Assembly: GCA_013265495.1 (NCBI GenBank)
Contig: MU058065.1
Coordinates: forward strand, 1,077,527-1,141,526
Origin: Vicugna vicugna
Lineage: Eukaryota
Direction: 5' to 3'
Length of the DNA: 64,000 nt
Shown: one piece after another, positions 40,973 through 55,437 of the stretch
Layout of the letters: each line of letters starts with the position of its first letter
Numbering within the stretch: the first letter of the stretch is position 1
The notes under the pieces: generated by a model
What the model was told of the DNA's origin: nothing
The model's database searches: none
Seen by the model: only the letters and a program-made list of their open reading frames with translations
Translations under genes and position numbers: made by a program

Positions 40973-41985
40973 ACCTTCAAAATCAGTGCCCTGATCACAA
41001 CAGACACCTTGGGCTTACTGGTCTCTCCTGGAAGACTCCATCTGTGCCAATAACAAGGATGCAAATCCTCTTATGAATCTAAGATATCGAAACAAATGAG
41101 GCTAAATCCAGATTGTTACTCAAAGGGGGTTGGGTGAGCCATAAAAAGGCAGGGTAGTTCTTTGGACTAGAATCAATAACCATGGCAAGGACGGAGAGAA
41201 AGATGATTTGACTCACAAACGGTTTCATTCATGGGCCTCAGGGCATGTTCAGGAAAAGATCACACACTGTTTACGTACAATTCTACCCCTGCCTGAGCAG
41301 CCTGGTTTGACAGATGGCTTTTACACCAGGAAGCCTAGCAGTTTCTGATTCTGTCAACCTGGAAAGAGAAATCCAGGAATGTGGGCCTTCGATGACAATT
41401 CCCCACATCTCATCCCATAAAACAAACAAGAATACACACTAGACTGCCGCCTGAGGCCAAAACGATGCCAATTTTGAGAGCTTGTTTTCCGCGTTCCTTG
41501 AGTTGTGAGTCTGCGGCTAAGTGGGGCTTTGAACACTTCTAGAAAGCACACTGTGAAGCACAAGAGCCACTTGTTATGTGAAAAAACAAGGCACAAAGCA
41601 GGCAAGTTGCAGTAATTTAAATGAGTCATTCAGAACACCACTGAAAAGCCATTGCTGAGTCCTTTGAAAGGAAAAAACCGTTGGTAAGAAAAGAAGGGCC
41701 CTCTTAGGAAAAGATCCAAACAAATTCTGAAAGAGCTAAGCAGACATTCAAGAGGACTAAAATGTCAGCTTCTTCCAAACCTCCTTCATTTTGTTTACTT
41801 TCCAGGTCTGGCCCGGGAAGTCTGGAAAGCCACTGGCACTGTCTTAGCCTCTGAGAACACAGCCCAGGGCCGAGAGGAAGCACAGCCAGGTTTCTGAGCA
41901 TCTGTTAGTCTCCAGGCTCTAAGCTATGTGCATGGCTCATGGATTTTACCTCAACTTGATAAGATGCCCAACAACTTGATAAGAT

Positions 41986-42427
41986 GGATTACTTTTCCAT
42001 GGCTATAGAACAAGGTATCACAAACGGAGCAGCAGGAAAATCAATACCTTTCTATCAGTTCTATAGATCAGAAGTCTGGGCGTGGCCAGGACCCAGATGG
42101 TCGTGTTCTCTGCTCAGGGTCCCCCGGGCTGAAAACAAGGTGGCAGCCAGGCTAGGTCCTTGTCTGGAGGTTTTGGAAGAAAACCCACTTCCAAGCTCAT
42201 TCATGTTAGCAGAATTCAGTTCCTTATAGGATTGAAGTCCTGTTTCCTTGCTGGTTTTTGCCAGAAACTACTCTCAACTGTTAGAGACCACCCACATTCC
42301 TAGCCACATGGGTTCCTCCATCTTCAGGTCACCAATGGTGTGTCAGTTTCAGGAAATATACATGGTGAGTATAGCAGGGAGTGTGGAAATCTGGATAAAA
42401 GTCTTGAATACGATTCCACCTGCCACT
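41986..42427 (-). mobile_element. MaLR LTR (MLT1-type)
   Basis: atcagttctatagatcagaagtctgg...ggctgaaaacaaggtggcagccaggct...ggagagcagaattcagttcctt-like core; ends ccacctgccac. Confidence 0.7.
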
Positions 42428-42434
42428 TTAGAAT

Positions 42435-42570
42435 AGCAATATTGCTATTCCCATTTTACAGATGAGGAAAACGAGGCCGTGAGAGAGAATGTGTTAAATG
42501 TTGTCAGCACTGATATGAAACCAACGTCTGTTCGTCTCTAAAATCCATGTTTTTTTAATATGTCATGCTG
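42435..42570 (-). mobile_element. MIR SINE core
   Basis: attcccattttacagatgaggaaaacgaggc. Confidence 0.75.
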
Positions 42571-42736
42571 AGTCATTAAAGGAACAGTCTTAACATTTTT
42601 TTATGAGTATGCTGTGTGCCAGAAATCTAGGCTAGTCACTGAAATAGCAAAATGAAGTTTCTGGCTGGCCCTGACTGGTGCTGATTCAGGATCCCAAACT
42701 CAAATTCTGACCTGGGAAACCTGTGAATTCCCCACG

Positions 42737-43177
42737 ATAAATAAAATAGTGTCACTTGTAGCCACATAGATGGACCTGGAGATTGTCATTCTGAGTGAAG
42801 TAAGCCAGAAAGAGAAAGAAAAATACCATATGATATCACTCATATGTAGAATTAAAAAAAAAGGAAAAAGAAGACACTAATGAACTCATCTACAAAGCAG
42901 AAACAGACTCACAGAAATAGTAAACAAACTTATTGGGGGAAAGGGGGTGGGAAGGGATAAATTCGGAGTTCAAGATTTCCAAATATTAACTACTAGATAT
43001 AAAATAGATTAAAAATTTTTTTCTTCTGTATATAGGGAACTCTATTCAATGCCTTGTAGTAACCTATAATGAAAAAGAATATGAAAACGAGTATTTGTAT
43101 GTGTATGTATGACTGAAGTATTATACTGTACACCAGAAATTGACATGTAACTGACTATACTTCAATTAAAAAAAAAA
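42737..43177 (+). mobile_element. L1 3' end (ORF2 tail, 3'UTR, poly-A)
   Basis: gatggacctggagattgtcattctgagtgaagtaagccagaaagag...tgtacaccagaaattgac...tatacttcaatt plus A tract; no TSD recognised. Confidence 0.9.
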
Positions 43178-44004
43178 GCACACTTAACTTGTTTCTCCTC
43201 CTCTCTCCTCAAATGCCCAAGGTTGCTTTAGAAGCTTTACCTTGGCACAAAACCAGATTCGGACACTTTTAATTTAATAGCAAGGAACAATGAAAGAGCA
43301 GCAAAAATTCTTTGAGGGAAAAACACATTCTTAAAATACCTTTAACTGTTTCTTCCAGAGCTAAACAACTAATCACATGGAAGATGCTCACATGGTTGTC
43401 ATGCCAGATTTTCTGGTTTCTGGAAAAGATTCCTGTAAATTAGTGCTTGCTTCGTGACATGGATAGAGGGAAACAAGCTGAGCCAGAGAATTGGAAATAA
43501 AATTGGGCATGGGTAACGTGAGGGAAAGGATCACTGTTCACCAGCGAATCCTCAGCACAGCAAGGTAGGTGCTCAAAGTATCTGCAGAATAAATGGTGGC
43601 ACGAAAAACAGCATTGCTGAAGGCTGTAACCTACTTTGTTTGGTAAACTTGAACAAAAGGCATTTGTGTTTGGTTTGGTTTTGGAGGTGGTGACCCTCTG
43701 ATGAACTTGGCTTTACTTTGGTTCTGGCACAGCCACATGGTTCAAGTTTTAAGGACAGTTCGTGATTCCACCTGTTCCCGCAGTATCCCAATTTTTGACT
43801 CAGATCTGACTCTACCAAACATCTCGAGACGATAAAATCAGAAACCAGAAAAACCATCCCAACACAAGCACATTTCTTCACTGCTTTGTAAGTAGACAAC
43901 CTTGAAGTAATATCATACATTGAGTTGGAAATGACTTGTAAAAAAGAGTTTAAAACAAATAGAAATCAATCAATCAATCAAATAAAATAAATGGAACTTC
44001 ATTT

Positions 44005-44312
44005 TGGCAGCTGGGCAAAATAGGTGAAGGGGGTCAAAAGGTATAAACTTCCAGTTATAAAATAAAAAAGTCCTGGGAGTGAGATGTACAACATGGTGAA
44101 TGCAGCTAATAAAACTGTCTGGCATATTTGAAAGTTGCTAAGAGGCTACATCTTTAAAGCTCTCATCACAAGAAAAAAAATGTGTAACCATGGATAGTGA
44201 CAGAAGTTCACTAGACTTATTGTGATCATTTCACAATACACACCAATACTGGGTCACCATTTTGTACAGCTGAAACTGGTATGGTGTTATATCTCAATTA
44301 CACCTCAAAAAT
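44005..44312 (+). mobile_element. Older L1 3'UTR (L1MA-like)
   Basis: ggtcaaaaggtataaacttccagttataa...tttgaaagttgctaagag...tctcatcacaag...aattacacctcaaaaa. Confidence 0.8.
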
Positions 44313-46844
44313 ACTTAGTTATGTTTTTAAAGGAGTGTAAAGTGTACAATTACTTGAAGTTTAGTAAAAATATGTTTTCCTCATTATACTAAATATATTA
44401 ATATCATAATATTATTAAAAGGTTATTATACTTGGAGGATATTTCTCTGTTTATTTGGGTCATTGTATAAAATTATTAAGCCTACCATATAGAATGTGAA
44501 TCTGTATGGCTTTTATTTTTCTCTTCTATTTATGTTGAATATCAATGCTACACTAACCCCAAAGTTCATGTTATTCAGGCCTCTTCATAGGTGGTAAGTA
44601 CACATTTAAAATTGTATTAACTTATACTTTTATAGCAATTTCTTTTTACCGTGCACCGTTGTGGGCATCAGCCCTCTGGCTTGTTGCAAGGCTGTGAGGG
44701 AGACAGGGTGTGATCAGTTTTCAGTGATTTGTAATCCTTTTAAAGTTAAAGAAACAGTCCCATTAGATCACTTGCCCAAAGTCAACATTTGCCCGCAGAG
44801 TCTAAGAATAGCCTCTTTTGCCCGCACCACAGAGCATCTCTAGGAATGATGCTACTGAGAAATGGGATGTGCCTTTACCTGAGCAATGGGAATGGAGGAT
44901 GTGAGTTAGTACGGTCCCTGCTTTTTCTGCATCCTACATGAGACACACGCAGCTTGTCAGCCTCTCATCCTTTTAGTTAACTCCCTTATTTCATCTAATC
45001 TTTCCTCAAACTAAGCAGGTATCACAATGGAACAATAGAAAGGGGAAATTAAAATATTTTTGCATATTTATTACCAGTTTACCTTCTCCAGTGTATAAAT
45101 TTTTAAAGGTGTTATTATGAAAGATCTTAAAATAAAATAGTAAATGTGTATTTTTAATACGACAGAATTACGATTTTTAAAAACGGAATTATACTTTCTT
45201 AGTATGTGATTTTTTGTATGTGTGTGTTCATCATTAAACTGTATATATATTTTTCCTACTCTGAAAAGCTGTCTTGCTGCAAGTCCAGTTCTGTTTTACT
45301 TTTATCCACAGGGAAGTCATAATCCCCTTCTTAAATAGAAGCTGGTTACCATGGAAATCATTCTAATGCCAGTGAATCAATATTTTGATTTTGCTGACAT
45401 TTAATGTAAAAAGAAAAGACAGACCAAGATTTATAAAAGTCATTTTTCATCTTTGTTATAATTTTGATAGCTAGAAAAATTGTAAAGAAAACATATGCTC
45501 TGTAATGAACTCCAGTTAACTCACAATTATAAAGGACTGAGAATTCATAAAAGAACAATCTACATATTTATATAATTTTGGCTTTGAGTACACACATATG
45601 CATGCACGCCTTCGGACTCAAGATTTTTTTCATCTCTGAACTAAGCCCTGATTCTCTCCTGTTATTAAAGTCATAACTTGGTAGAAGAGATTTGCATGTA
45701 TCCAGTTTTTCAATTGCTTTTTGATTAAGCGTTCTGAAGAGAAGGTGAAATTTGCATTGAGAATCACTCTTCCTTAGAAGTCGACCATCTCTGCACCAGA
45801 TCTTAACAGTCCGTCTGGTCCACTGACCATCCACAAAGACGCACTACAGCTGAAGGCTCCTTGCCCCATCCTTAGAGCTCCTTTTGAGGACAGATGTTGA
45901 AATTGAACCGAGTGTTTAATATATCTCACTGCCCGTAGTTTTCCAAATCTGAGATAAGACTTTCTGCTGCTGCTGTAATTTAGTCTCTGTCTCCTCTTCT
46001 GTCCTCAGAAGAAATAAAGATAACAGAGCTGCTGTCTTCTGTTTGATAACTAGCTGTTTAGAACCTTAGATCTTTAGATGGTGAGGGATCTGGAAGAATT
46101 CTGAGCTTCTCTACTTCAGGAATTGGTTATTTCAAGCATCTCAAAGGAATGGTAATCACTTATATTTTTAAGACAACCAAATCACCACTCAAATGTTTCT
46201 TCTGTGGAACAGTCATGATTTTCCACATGTGTCCACTTTGAATACCCCAGGTTCCCCTCCTTGGAGGGCGGGGCTATTCTGAGACATGTATATTGCACTG
46301 CATCCAGGAATGTTTCCAGCAACCTCACACACAGCTCGATAACACACTTCTTACTGGCTGCTGGTCTTGGCTGTTTCATTTTACACAATCCCCCCACCCC
46401 ACACCCGCCACATGGTTATTTTATTCTTGAATCATTCTAGAGAATATTCAGACCCTCATCATTCTGAGACCACTGTTCTAAATCAGTAATCTGCTTTTGA
46501 AAACAATCTAATGTAATCAATTATGTAGTTTTCTGGCAGTAAAAATAGAAGAGGGGTTGCTTCTGGAAACAGGATTACAGAATATGAATTAAAATGAAAG
46601 GCACCATGTATCACTATCCGAGGAAACTTAGGAACAACATTTAAAATTTACAAAAGGCAGATCTCTAGAGCTCTTTACCTTATTAACAGGTAAATAAAGC
46701 ACCTAAATTGTTTCTAAAACGTCAGTGTGTTATAAGCTGAAAGACATACTGATGACCCTGAATCACGAGAATAAAGGATCAGATTTCTAATCCATTCCAA
46801 GGCAGCCGAGGAGCAGTAAAAAGAGTTACCCAAATAAACAGATG

Positions 46845-46868
46845 CACACACACACACACACACACACG
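46845..46868. repeat. (CA)n microsatellite
   Basis: About 12 CA units. Confidence 0.9.
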
Positions 46869-47892
46869 CATTCAAAGCAGTGCCATTCATTGTAGCAAAA
46901 CAAACAGGGACCAACCTAAGTATTCACCAAAGAGATAATGATTAAATAAAGCACCACGATGTACATGCCCCTCCTTAAAAACGGTGTTTCCCACAACAAA
47001 CTAAATGCTATGGAAAGCGTCACAAGAAAATAAGGGAAAATACAAAACACAAGATTCTATGCACTAGGACTTCAATTTTGAAAATATGCATACACACGTT
47101 ATTCACATATGTAACTCACCTCACGTACACGCATATACTCATGATGTGTTTTCACATATATGTGAAGTAGGAAAACCTGAGCCTAAGTGGAGATTTTCCC
47201 GGGAGAATGCAAGGATTAACTCCATCTCCAGGAATTTATTTGTATTCTTCAATAGGCTATGAAGTTTTTGGTTTTTGACTATATAGGCACTTGGATACCG
47301 ATTTGGGAGAAAGGAGAGATGACGGTATTGGAAGAGACGGGACATGCCTCGTGGGCAACCATCTCATGCACTAGGTTTGAGCTTCTGTGAAAGGCTGAGA
47401 GGAGAGGATGAGGGAGCTTTCGTGTGGGACCCAGGAGCCCAGGTGACAAAGCAACCTGCCCAGTTGAGGAAAGGACCTGCCTTCCACTCTCTGCTGCAAG
47501 CCACTGGGAACCTTGGAACGCTGTGGGCTCGGGGGAGCCAGTCGGAAAGAATGTTAGGGACAAACAGGGTAAGGAAGCACTATGGGACCTGGCAGAGCCA
47601 CGCTCTCAAGCTGGCCACTGGCAGCACTGGACACCCTGAAGCATTTTCCACACCTGATGCACAAAACTCCGAACAGGTCTATATCAAAGCACACATGGGA
47701 CTTCTCGCCGACCAAGAGACTCCTCGGAAAAAACTCAGGAAAGCTGAAACTTATTTATTCAAGCAAGGCTAAAGGGCTGGTGACTTCTGGGGTTAACCTG
47801 ACCTAACTTATAATCATAGACCAGCAAGGAGGTTAAGATATACTTTATGCATGTATTTCATAACTGAGGAAAAATATAAGTAGAAATAGAAG

Positions 47893-48481
47893 ATACCACT
47901 CAGCCATAAAAAAGAATAAAATAAAGCCATTGCAGCAACATGGATGGACCTGGAGTTTTTCCTACTAAGTGAAATAAGCCGTAAAGAGAAAGAAAAATAC
48001 CATGTGATTCACTTACATGTGGAATCTAAACAAATGACATAAATGAACTTGTTTATAAAACTGAAATAGACTCATAGACATAGAAAATAAACTTATGGTC
48101 ACGGGGCAAGGGGCATAGAGGGATAAACTGGGAGTTTGGGATTTGTAGATACACACGACTATATATAAAATAGATAAACAACAAGGTCCTACTGTATAAC
48201 ACAGGGAACTATATTCAATAACTTGTAATGGCCTATAATGAAAAAGAATATATATATATATATATATATATAGAATATATATATGGTATATACATATATA
48301 TACATATATATATGTATATATATATGTGTGTATATATATATATACAGCTATATACATATATATATATATGGCTCTCCCTCTCTCTCTATATATATAGATA
48401 TATGTATATAGCTGAATCACTGTGCTGTACACCAGAAACTAACACAACATTGTAAACTGGCTATACTTCAATTAAAAAAAA
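47893..48481 (+). mobile_element. L1 3' end with an expanded (TA)n tract
   Basis: ataccactcagccataaaaaagaa...acaaggtcctactgtataacacagggaac...gaatcactgtgctgtacaccagaaactaacacaacattg plus A tract; possible TSD agaaatagaag/agaaattgaag. Confidence 0.9.
48248..48410. repeat. Compound (TA)n microsatellite
   Basis: Long interrupted TA runs. Confidence 0.9.
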
Positions 48482-48949
48482 GATAAAAGAAATTGAAGTA
48501 GAAATATGAATATATATATATATATATACACACATACATACATGAATGCATGTATGTATATACTACACACACATATCTGCATAAATCCATATTCACTGGA
48601 AGGAAGTATACCAAAATGTAAAACAAAAAATTTATTTCTAAATTTTCCTTCGTTATATTTTCCCACATTACAAGGTCCCCCTCATAATCACATGATATGT
48701 CTATAATTATACAAGTTAATAATAATAAAAGCAAGAAAATATAAATTTTAGATTTATTTCTAGGCAAACTAATTTCCTAACGATGCATAACTTTAAGGAG
48801 GGGGTCAGAAAACTCACATACTGCCTTTCCTTTCTAATGATACAAACGATACACGTTTTTGGGGTTGTCACTGGACAGCACCCCAATGAATAGCCATCCC
48901 CCTGGATTCTTCTTTCCTAAGACTTCAGGGAGGGGGAGGCAGGGTTATG

Positions 48950-49464
<515 letters not shown>

Positions 49465-49769
49465 TTAGCATGAAAAGGTTCTGCACTTTTGCATTCAATA
49501 GGACAGTCAAGCAAGTGTAACTTGATTATAACCAGAAATCCTGATCTACGTATCCAGATACTCTCAAAAATAAATCTTGTCGGTGGTTGAAAAAGTGAAC
49601 AAGAATTCCATGACAATGACCCATAGACTGCTTTTTGACACATGACTGAGGTCAAGTGGGCACTTGAAACTCCTCTGCTGCACTGCATCAAGATCCTCCC
49701 TACTTTAACCTGCTTAATATAGAGGGAAAACAAGACACACAATATCAAAGGGGTTCTGGTTACCAATAC

Positions 49770-49850
49770 AGGGGGTGAGGGGATAAAGAGAGGAAGTGGG
49801 AGGGAGGGGAAGGAAGGAAGGGAGGGAGGGAGGGAGGAAGAAAGAGGAAA
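49770..49850. repeat. Polypurine (GGGA/GGAA)n tract
   Basis: gggagggaggggaaggaaggaagggagggagggagggaggaag. Confidence 0.85.
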
Positions 49851-51989
49851 AATATTTGCTTAATCAGTAAAAGAATTGTCCATCTCTCTTAGGTTTCCAG
49901 AGTTCCTTTGGTGACACTAGTAACTTGGTTCTACTAATAAATTAGCCTCGCAGAATAAGATAGCAACATCTCATGAAGAGGTGTCGTTAACATATCACCT
50001 GATTCAGGAATAGTTCTAAATACTTCATAAATATTCAGAGTATGCAAAGTTTCCAAATGTAAGGCTCTTAAATTTTACATAGGAAACTTTGAACAAAAAA
50101 TTTAAAATATGTAAGATCTGTCTTTCAGTTTGAAATTCAGCTCATCATGCAGGAAATGACTCTTGGGCCTTCCTCTATGATGCATCATGTAATGGTGACT
50201 CTTTTATGAAGAAAAGGAACATGAATGTAAATGTGAGTTCTTACATCTTTCTAGAGTTTTCCACACTTATGCTCATTCACCAGTAAAAGAAACAAAATGA
50301 AGCACTGTTAGAAATTATTTGGTTAATTTTCTTAGACATGTATGAAGTGTAAACATTATCTCTGTGTATATGAATTTTGGAAGCCTGTTGAGTCTACCTT
50401 TCCAGACATGAGTTTGTTTAGGCTTCTTTTTAATCTTAATTTATCTGGCTCTTCATCATAGCTTTCATGTCACTATAATGTTCGTCATACATGTTAGATT
50501 TCAGTTGGAACAATAACGGTAAATGAGTCTTTTTCCCCTCTTCAGTTAAGGAGTTATGACAATTCTATGACCATTGTGAATAGAGTCAGAAAGGATCCAA
50601 CAAGAATGTGAGACTTTGATTCTGGCATTTAATTCTGATCACAACTTTGCTGCTTAATCAAAAATGGTTTTTATATTTATTTTTTTCCTGAATATTTTGA
50701 ATTGATATTCAGATACTAGGTAGACTATCTTTGGAAAAACTAAAATAAAATAAATAAAGGACTCTCAGTGTACTAACCAGAGCAGTGGGTATCCAGAAGC
50801 ATGAATGAAATCAAGCCAATGGCTAAGTGGAGGTTTCCACATCTTCATGGTCAGAGTCCTAAATCTGTGTAGTGGTTTTCTGCATTTCATTTTCTGTACT
50901 TTCTTCAAGAACATCAATCAAGAAATTTACTAGAAGCTTACTCAAATGGATTGATTTGTGAAAAACTCGTTAAGAATTTAAGGCAAAATGGGGTGGTGGA
51001 GGTGGAGATGGCTGTGATAAAATGGGGAGGTTTACCATTGATTGGTGGTAATTGTGATATTTTATTTCCTCTAGCTTTGTCTCAATCATCTTGCCTGTCT
51101 TTTCCTTACTTCTGCTGCCCTACCACTGAACAAAAGGTGCTTGGGAACTTATGTAGACAGTCACTCTCACATATCAAATCCACATGAGGGGATTCATGCA
51201 TGTGTTAATGCACACATGCATTTATGAGAGACTTACTAGGAATCATTGCATCAGCAATTTCTCTGTTATTTTTTACCTAAATAGGAACTTGCTGTTTTTC
51301 CCAGACAGATAATTAGCTCTGCTGCTTCATTTCAAAATTACATTTTTTCCAGCATCAGTTTCATCCTTTTGCTCACATATGTAATGTATACACACACAGA
51401 TGCACACATACACATGCTTTTTCCAAAGAGAAATGCAACGTATGATTTAAAGAATAGCAGGTCTTGGGTACAAGTTTCATTTGCCCAGGCTGTGGATGCA
51501 GGATGAAGAAATGGTTCAGGATGATTTGGGTACAAAGGCCCTTATTTAAGGCTAGGGGTGAGCAATAAAGATTATGGCACAGCTGGGTCCAAGAGACCAG
51601 CAAAGACAATTAGTCCAAAGCAAACTGAAGATTTTGAAACATAGCACACAACTAATTCCTGAATTTATTGTAGGACCATGTGGAGTTTTTAAAATATGCA
51701 AATTCTTGGACCCATACTAAGGACAACCACCAAATCATATTTGTTGAATCAGAATCTTTGTAACCGATGAGTTTGTTTCTTAAAAAATGATATCCAACTA
51801 TTTCTGATGTAGCCAATCCAGAGACACTGCCCCTGCTCCCCCGCCAGAAACGTTAAGAACAACAGTTAGAGACGTTGATGAGGAGACATCTGTTAGTGAG
51901 AAACAGCCAGGGAGACTCATCATCAGAAAGTGGGACAAAGGAGGCTTGTCAGAGATCAGGCAAAATATCACAGATAAGAAAAGGTACAA

Positions 51990-52340
51990 TGTATTAGTCA
52001 GATCTTGTGAGGTTATCCTGGAGTAACAAACAATCCCCAATTCTTAATGACTTTCAGCAACAAAGGTTTATTTCTTGCTTGAAATCTTTGGGTTGATTTT
52101 GCATCAGCCGTGGCTCTATTCCACGTGCTGTCTTCATTCTAGGATCTAGCCACCACTGGGGTATGTTCTCACAGAAGGGAGAGAAAAGTACTCACTGAAA
52201 CACACAGTATCTCTTAAAGCTTCTGCTCAGATGTGGCATATAATCTTTTGCTCACATTTCATTGGCTAAAACCAGACTCATGGCCAAGCTTGATGTCACT
52301 GTGGTGGCGATAGATTGTCCTCCAACAGGAAAACCCTGTA
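51990..52340 (-). mobile_element. MaLR LTR (MLT1J-like)
   Basis: tgtattagtcag...gtaacaaacaatcccc...caacaaaggtttatttcttgct...gctcacatttcattggctaaaacc. Confidence 0.75.
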
Positions 52341-52439
52341 AGTTACATGACAATATGCGAGGAAGCATAATCCTCTTCCAGGCAGGTGACCACGTTCTGG
52401 TATGGCAGCTGTGGCATATGCCTCTGAGCTCTCCTTTCA

Positions 52440-53146
52440 AGAGGGAACTTGACGTTAGGAGTGAAGGTAACCAACAACCAGTGACCCACTGGGGGAGTTT
52501 GTGCTTCCTGTCCTCATAATTCTGGTCTCTACCAAGTTAGAAGTCCTGGTCCCCTACGAGGGCACACTCTTTCCAGAAGACACAGCAAGGCTCCTATTGA
52601 ACAACAAACCTATAGCTCCCCTCTAAGGAATTTGAACTCCTTTTGTATAGTGGCCAGCAGGCAAGAAGACAAGACTCCACTGTGGAAGAGATCATTGACC
52701 CTGATCAGTAGGAGAAGGCAGAGCTGCACTTATAAGATGGGGCAGAGAGAAAGATGTGCGGGGCCCCTCTTGACACTCCTTCGCCCATCTGGGACTTTGC
52801 AAGGTCACAGGTGGCCACCTGGCTCAAGAAGGCCTTTTTTTTTTTTTTTTAACCACAGGTTCCAACCTCTCATAAACTGAGCTAACCCTCACCACCAAGT
52901 AAGCCACTGAGACCAGCAGAGATGTCAGCTGAGGGTGAGAGAGAGGGGAATTTGGAATAAATGTTGGAGGAGGGAGATGACGAGTATCAGCTGCAGCACA
53001 TATATGAACAGTAGCGGTGGGGGTGACAGTTCATCACACCAGTGGCCCCCTTGTACATCTCCCCTCAGGAAGCGTCCGACAGGAGCCATGAAAGAGCTGG
53101 TCCCCAGACCTGCAGAAGAGCTTCTGCTGGGCATAAAGGGTGAAGC
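52440..53146 (+). mobile_element. Ancient ERVL internal 3' remnant (ERV3-16A3_I-like)
   Basis: attgaccctgatcag...tcaccaccaagtaagccactgagaccagcagagatgtcagctgagggtgag; purine-rich tract before the LTR. Family from memory. Confidence 0.6.
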
Positions 53147-53600
53147 TGTGTGGATCAGATATCCCTAAACAGAGAAACTTCTCTAAGGACAGGAGTTAGC
53201 TGACAGCCACCAGCCACAGAGTCTTCCAGTCTGGTGCAGCATTTTAGTCAAGGCCTGGGGAGCTCCTAGCCAGTAGCTTGAGCATGAGGAAGTATGGGAC
53301 CCGGCTACTTCTGCCCAGCAGGGAGTCCTTTATGGGCCATCTTCGCGTCTCTAGTTCTGCTGTTAAGCTGGCTGAGACTATCCCACAGCTACACCATGGT
53401 CCGAGACTCTGCCATCCAACTATTTTTCCCTTCCCCCTCTTCTTTCACAGGTGTCATGCTGCCTGAGGCCTGAGGCTCTTCCTGCCTATTCCTGCTGCCT
53501 CCTCGTCCCAGGCATCCTCCTCTCTCCCTCAACAAATCTCTCACTCTTTAAATTCCATCCAGCTTGGGGTCTGCTTTCTAGGGGGGTATAAATGGACATA
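53147..53600 (+). mobile_element. LTR16-like ERVL 3' LTR
   Basis: gacccggctacttctgcccagcagggagtcctttatgggccatctt...gctggctgagact...tggggtctgctttctagggg. Confidence 0.65.
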
Positions 53601-54114
53601 CTTGGGAACAATCATACAACCTATGACATCCAGAAACCAAAGAAGCAGGGAAGAGAAAGCCAAATAACAAAAATGAGACCCCAGAAATAAGAAATGCCTG
53701 TGAAAACAGGGCATTCTCTTGCTTCAGACTGAGCACTTAAATGGTGGTCGGGGAAGCGGGACCAACAACTCCACTACAGGAACACTTGGCGTGCAGTGAA
53801 ATTTATGTGGGCTGGAGCAAGCGGAGCCTTTTTGCAGTAAGACTCTCGCTCTCAAGATAGACTAAGCCTGACACAGCTCATGTTATAAAAATAAAAATAA
53901 GTTTCATAATCCTGAAGTTAAACAAGTACACTTCTCCTCACAAAACGAAGGTAAGGTTCAAGATCTACTTGTCTGTTGGATGTTTTTTTATTACAAAATC
54001 AAAAATAAAGTATCGCTTAAACGGAGGGAGGTTATTTTCCCAGAAGGAATTGATAAAATACTTGTAAGTGTTTCCTCCAAGCAAGCTATTGGCTAGTGGG
54101 CAGGCCTGGACCTT

Positions 54115-54320
54115 TGTGCTCTGGAGTCACTGAGTTGTGGTTCCTTTTCTTAGCTCAGTCCTTTAGTACTTCTGCGTTAGCTACTGATCCCAAACACCAT
54201 TTCCTTAAGTCGTAAATAGTAGTACTGCCCTCGCAGAATTGTGATCAAGTTTACCTGAAATGCTTCATATGAGTCACTTAACAGAGAGTCTGACACATAA
54301 CACGCCATCCATAACTTTGG
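54115..54320 (+). mobile_element. MIR SINE
   Basis: gctctggagtca...gtaaatagtagtactgccctcgcagaattgtg...cacttaacagagagtctgacacata. Confidence 0.55.
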
Positions 54321-54987
54321 CTTTACAATTCCTACCTTTAAGTCCTGTCCTCCTGAATTTTGTTTCCGGGATCATCATTTGCAATGTAAGGCCATTTCTC
54401 TAAAAAAATGATGCATGATTCCACATAACCTCAAAAAACAAAGTCAAAACAAAATCCCGCATTTCATTCTAGATAACCTAGGCGAGCCGAGTCTTCATGC
54501 TCTTAACTTTCTACGGTATTTGGTTCAGTTTTTCAAAGTACCTGTTGATCAGAACTGACAAATAAAGGTGCAAAACAAGAACTCTGGAACCGCGCTGACA
54601 AAGCTATTCAACAGAGATTGTTACTTGTCTGGCTTTCTTCTTGAAAATCCATCAGCGTTAATGTCTCGTGTCTCCTTCTGAGAAATGCTTCTTTTCAGAA
54701 ATGAAAACAGACCCCCTGAGAAGGGTGAGCTACCAAGGTGAGATGTCAGAGCTGAAAGTGACAGAGATGAGGCTTCTGTGTGTAATTCTGGAAACCAAAC
54801 ATGCAAATATCGCATAGTAGTCTTGCTGGAAAGAAACAAAATCCCAGTTCATATATAGAAACTCTTTCAAGCATTATCTAGGAAGCTGGGATACAAACTG
54901 AAGGGTTACCTTGGAGTTTTCTTGTTTGGAATTTTTTTTTTTTTTGGTGACAATTCTGCAAAGTAAAGCTCAAAAATCCATCTCTGA

Positions 54988-55437
54988 TTACTCAGCCATA
55001 AAAAATAATAAAATAATGCCATTTACAGAAACATGGATGGACCCAGAGATTACCATATGGAATGAAGTCAAATAGACAAATATCATATGATATCACTTAT
55101 ATGTGGAATCTTAAAAAAAAAAGATTCAAATTCTATTCACAAACCAAAAACAGACTCATGGACGTAGAAAACAAACTATCGTTACTAAAGGGGAAAGGGC
55201 AAAGAGGGATAAATTAGGGACTGGGGATTAACAAACACACATTACTGTATATAAAATAAACAACAAGGACCTACTGTATAGCACAGGGAACTATAATCAT
55301 TTTCTTGTAATAATATATAATGGAAAAGAATCTGAAAAGAAAGTATGTATGTATGTAAATGTATAATTGAATCACTTTGTTTTACATCTGAAACTAACAT
55401 CGTAAATCAACTACACTTCAGTAAAAAAAAATGTTTT
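54988..55437 (+). mobile_element. L1 3' end with TSD
   Basis: ttactcagccataaaaaataa...caacaaggacctactgtatagcacagggaac...caactacacttcagt plus A tract; exact 14-bp TSD aaatccatctctga (54974-54987, 55438-55451). Confidence 0.92.

Noticed and set aside
41952..41986. Short direct duplications (also ~31625-31654, ~33174-33201, ~26731-26776)
   Set aside because: Two-copy local slippage events; no array or spacer structure, not CRISPR-like.
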